DNA of 64,000 nucleotides. Source: Rebecca billardiae RCC1528. Lineage: Eukaryota; Protista; Haptophyta. The position numbers and the translations under genes are program-made. Below are positions 63,134 through 64,000 of the stretch, piece by piece. The notes under the pieces were generated by a model. It searched no databases. It was given only the letters and a program-made list of their open reading frames with translations, and was not told where the DNA came from. How positions within the stretch are numbered: position 1 is the first letter of the stretch; each line of letters starts with the position of its first letter. Location: NCBI GenBank assembly GCA_965240325.2, contig OZ251249.1, positions 868,001 to 932,000 on the forward strand, given 5' to 3'.

Positions 63134-64000
63134 TCAGCTGGCTTCCGGAGTCCGGGTGGCGGCGCCGTCGCGCCAACCGCCAATTCTTTTGCCCGACCGC
63201 AACAACTTACAACGAGGGCTGACGCGGCGGACCGCGTCACCACGTGGGCGGGAGCGGCGCGGAGCGATGCCTCGGGCACGAGCGCTCGGGCGCCCGGGTG
63301 GTGCACGCCCTCGGCGAGAGGCCCGTGCCCTCCTCCGTCCCACCCGCGAGCGAGCACGCCAGCTGCGCGCAGGCAGGGCCGCCGATGCGCGAGGCGGGGC
63401 GGCCGGTGCCCATCGCATGCGCGGTCGGCGCGGCGTGGGCGGGGCGCGCGCACGGCGGGGCGGCAGGCAGGGCGGAGTGCGGTGAGCACTACGCGCGGCG
63501 GCCCGGAGAGCGCGCGAGCGCGCGCCTTCAGTACGCCCACGCCCCATCCCCGACGTCACGAGCTTCCCTCGCGCCCCGTGCGGCCGCACTTTTCGCGCGC
63601 GCGCAATCGTGTGAGGGTCCCGGCGCGCGCGCGGCCCGGCGCGCACCTCAGCAGCGCGCAGCGCGCGTACGCACTCGAGCGTGAGGACGAGGTGGCCGAT
63701 GGCGCCCTCGGGGTCGGGCGGCAGCCGCTCGCGCGCGTCGCGCACGACGAGCGGCTTGATGCGCGCGCGCTCAGGCGCGGGCGCGCCGGCGGCGCGCGCG
63801 GACGGCCACAGCGGAATCGCCAACGTGACGGGGCGCGGCGCTGGCGGGCTGCTGAGCGCTGCGCCGTGCGCGGCGTGCGGCGTGCTCGGCTCGGCGGCAC
63901 GCGCGCGCGCCGCGCGCCGCGCGCCCTCCGCCGCCTGCGCCTCCGCCAGCGCCGCGCCCTCCGCCAAGTCCAGCTGTGCTGAGCCCACGTCCACTGCGGC
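63134..64000 (-). CDS. 3' part of an unidentified gene running off the window
   Basis: Open GC-rich frame with genic codon usage (IKPLVVRD...IGHLVLTLECV). The true stop and splicing are uncertain. Confidence 0.3.
   Translation of the reverse strand, partial: AAVDVGSAQLDLAEGAALAEAQAAEGARRAARARAAEPSTPHAAHGAALSSPPAPRPVTLAIPLWPSARAAGAPAPERARIKPLVVRDARERLPPDPEGAIGHLVLTLECVRALRAAEVRAGPRARRDPHTIARARKVRPHGARGKLVTSGMGRGRTEGARSRALRAAARSAHRTPPCLPPRRARAPPTPRRPRMRWAPAAPPRASAALPARSWRARSRVGRRRARASRRGRAPPGRPSARARGIAPRRSRPRGDAVRRVSPRCKLLRSGKRIGGWRDGAATRTPEAS

Overview
Eukaryotic, extremely GC-rich nuclear DNA with short GT-AG introns (donor usually GTGCGC, introns full of GCGC/CACG microsatellites), poly-Gly/Ala proteins, (CCCTAA)n inside introns and a selenoprotein gene. 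This suggests a haptophyte alga such as a Pavlovales/Diacronema-like species (inference). Most ORFs in the supplied track are GC artefacts. I rebuilt exon structures by hand for about 15 genes: a 5'-partial degenerate DEAD-box helicase; a membrane protein with a C-terminal Zn cluster; STIMATE/TMEM110; a large mosaic Zn-knuckle/DCD-like/AP2/NUMOD1-like/Tudor-like protein; YIP1; a multi-TM TIR-like protein; SEC62; a 2OG-Fe(II) oxygenase; an ML/NPC2 protein; a WW-DEAD (DDX5/DBP2-like) helicase; selenoprotein H; a RING-H2 ligase; a WD40 protein; and several hypotheticals. The SelH gene has an in-frame UGA and a GUGA-type SECIS, and the ORF track misses it. Mobile DNA: a 2.26-kb element with ~650-bp inverted arms (3673-5932); a 2.46-kb split-direct-repeat element inserted in (TA)n (10169-12630); a 0.5-kb MITE (58168-58680); and a ~12-kb gene-poor island of relic elements and gene fragments (32.2-44 kb). 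The most notable items are the split-direct-repeat element, the SelH/SECIS, the membrane TIR protein, the mosaic DNA-binding protein and telomere-like repeats at intron branch-point positions. All domain calls are by motif recognition; no database search was run.
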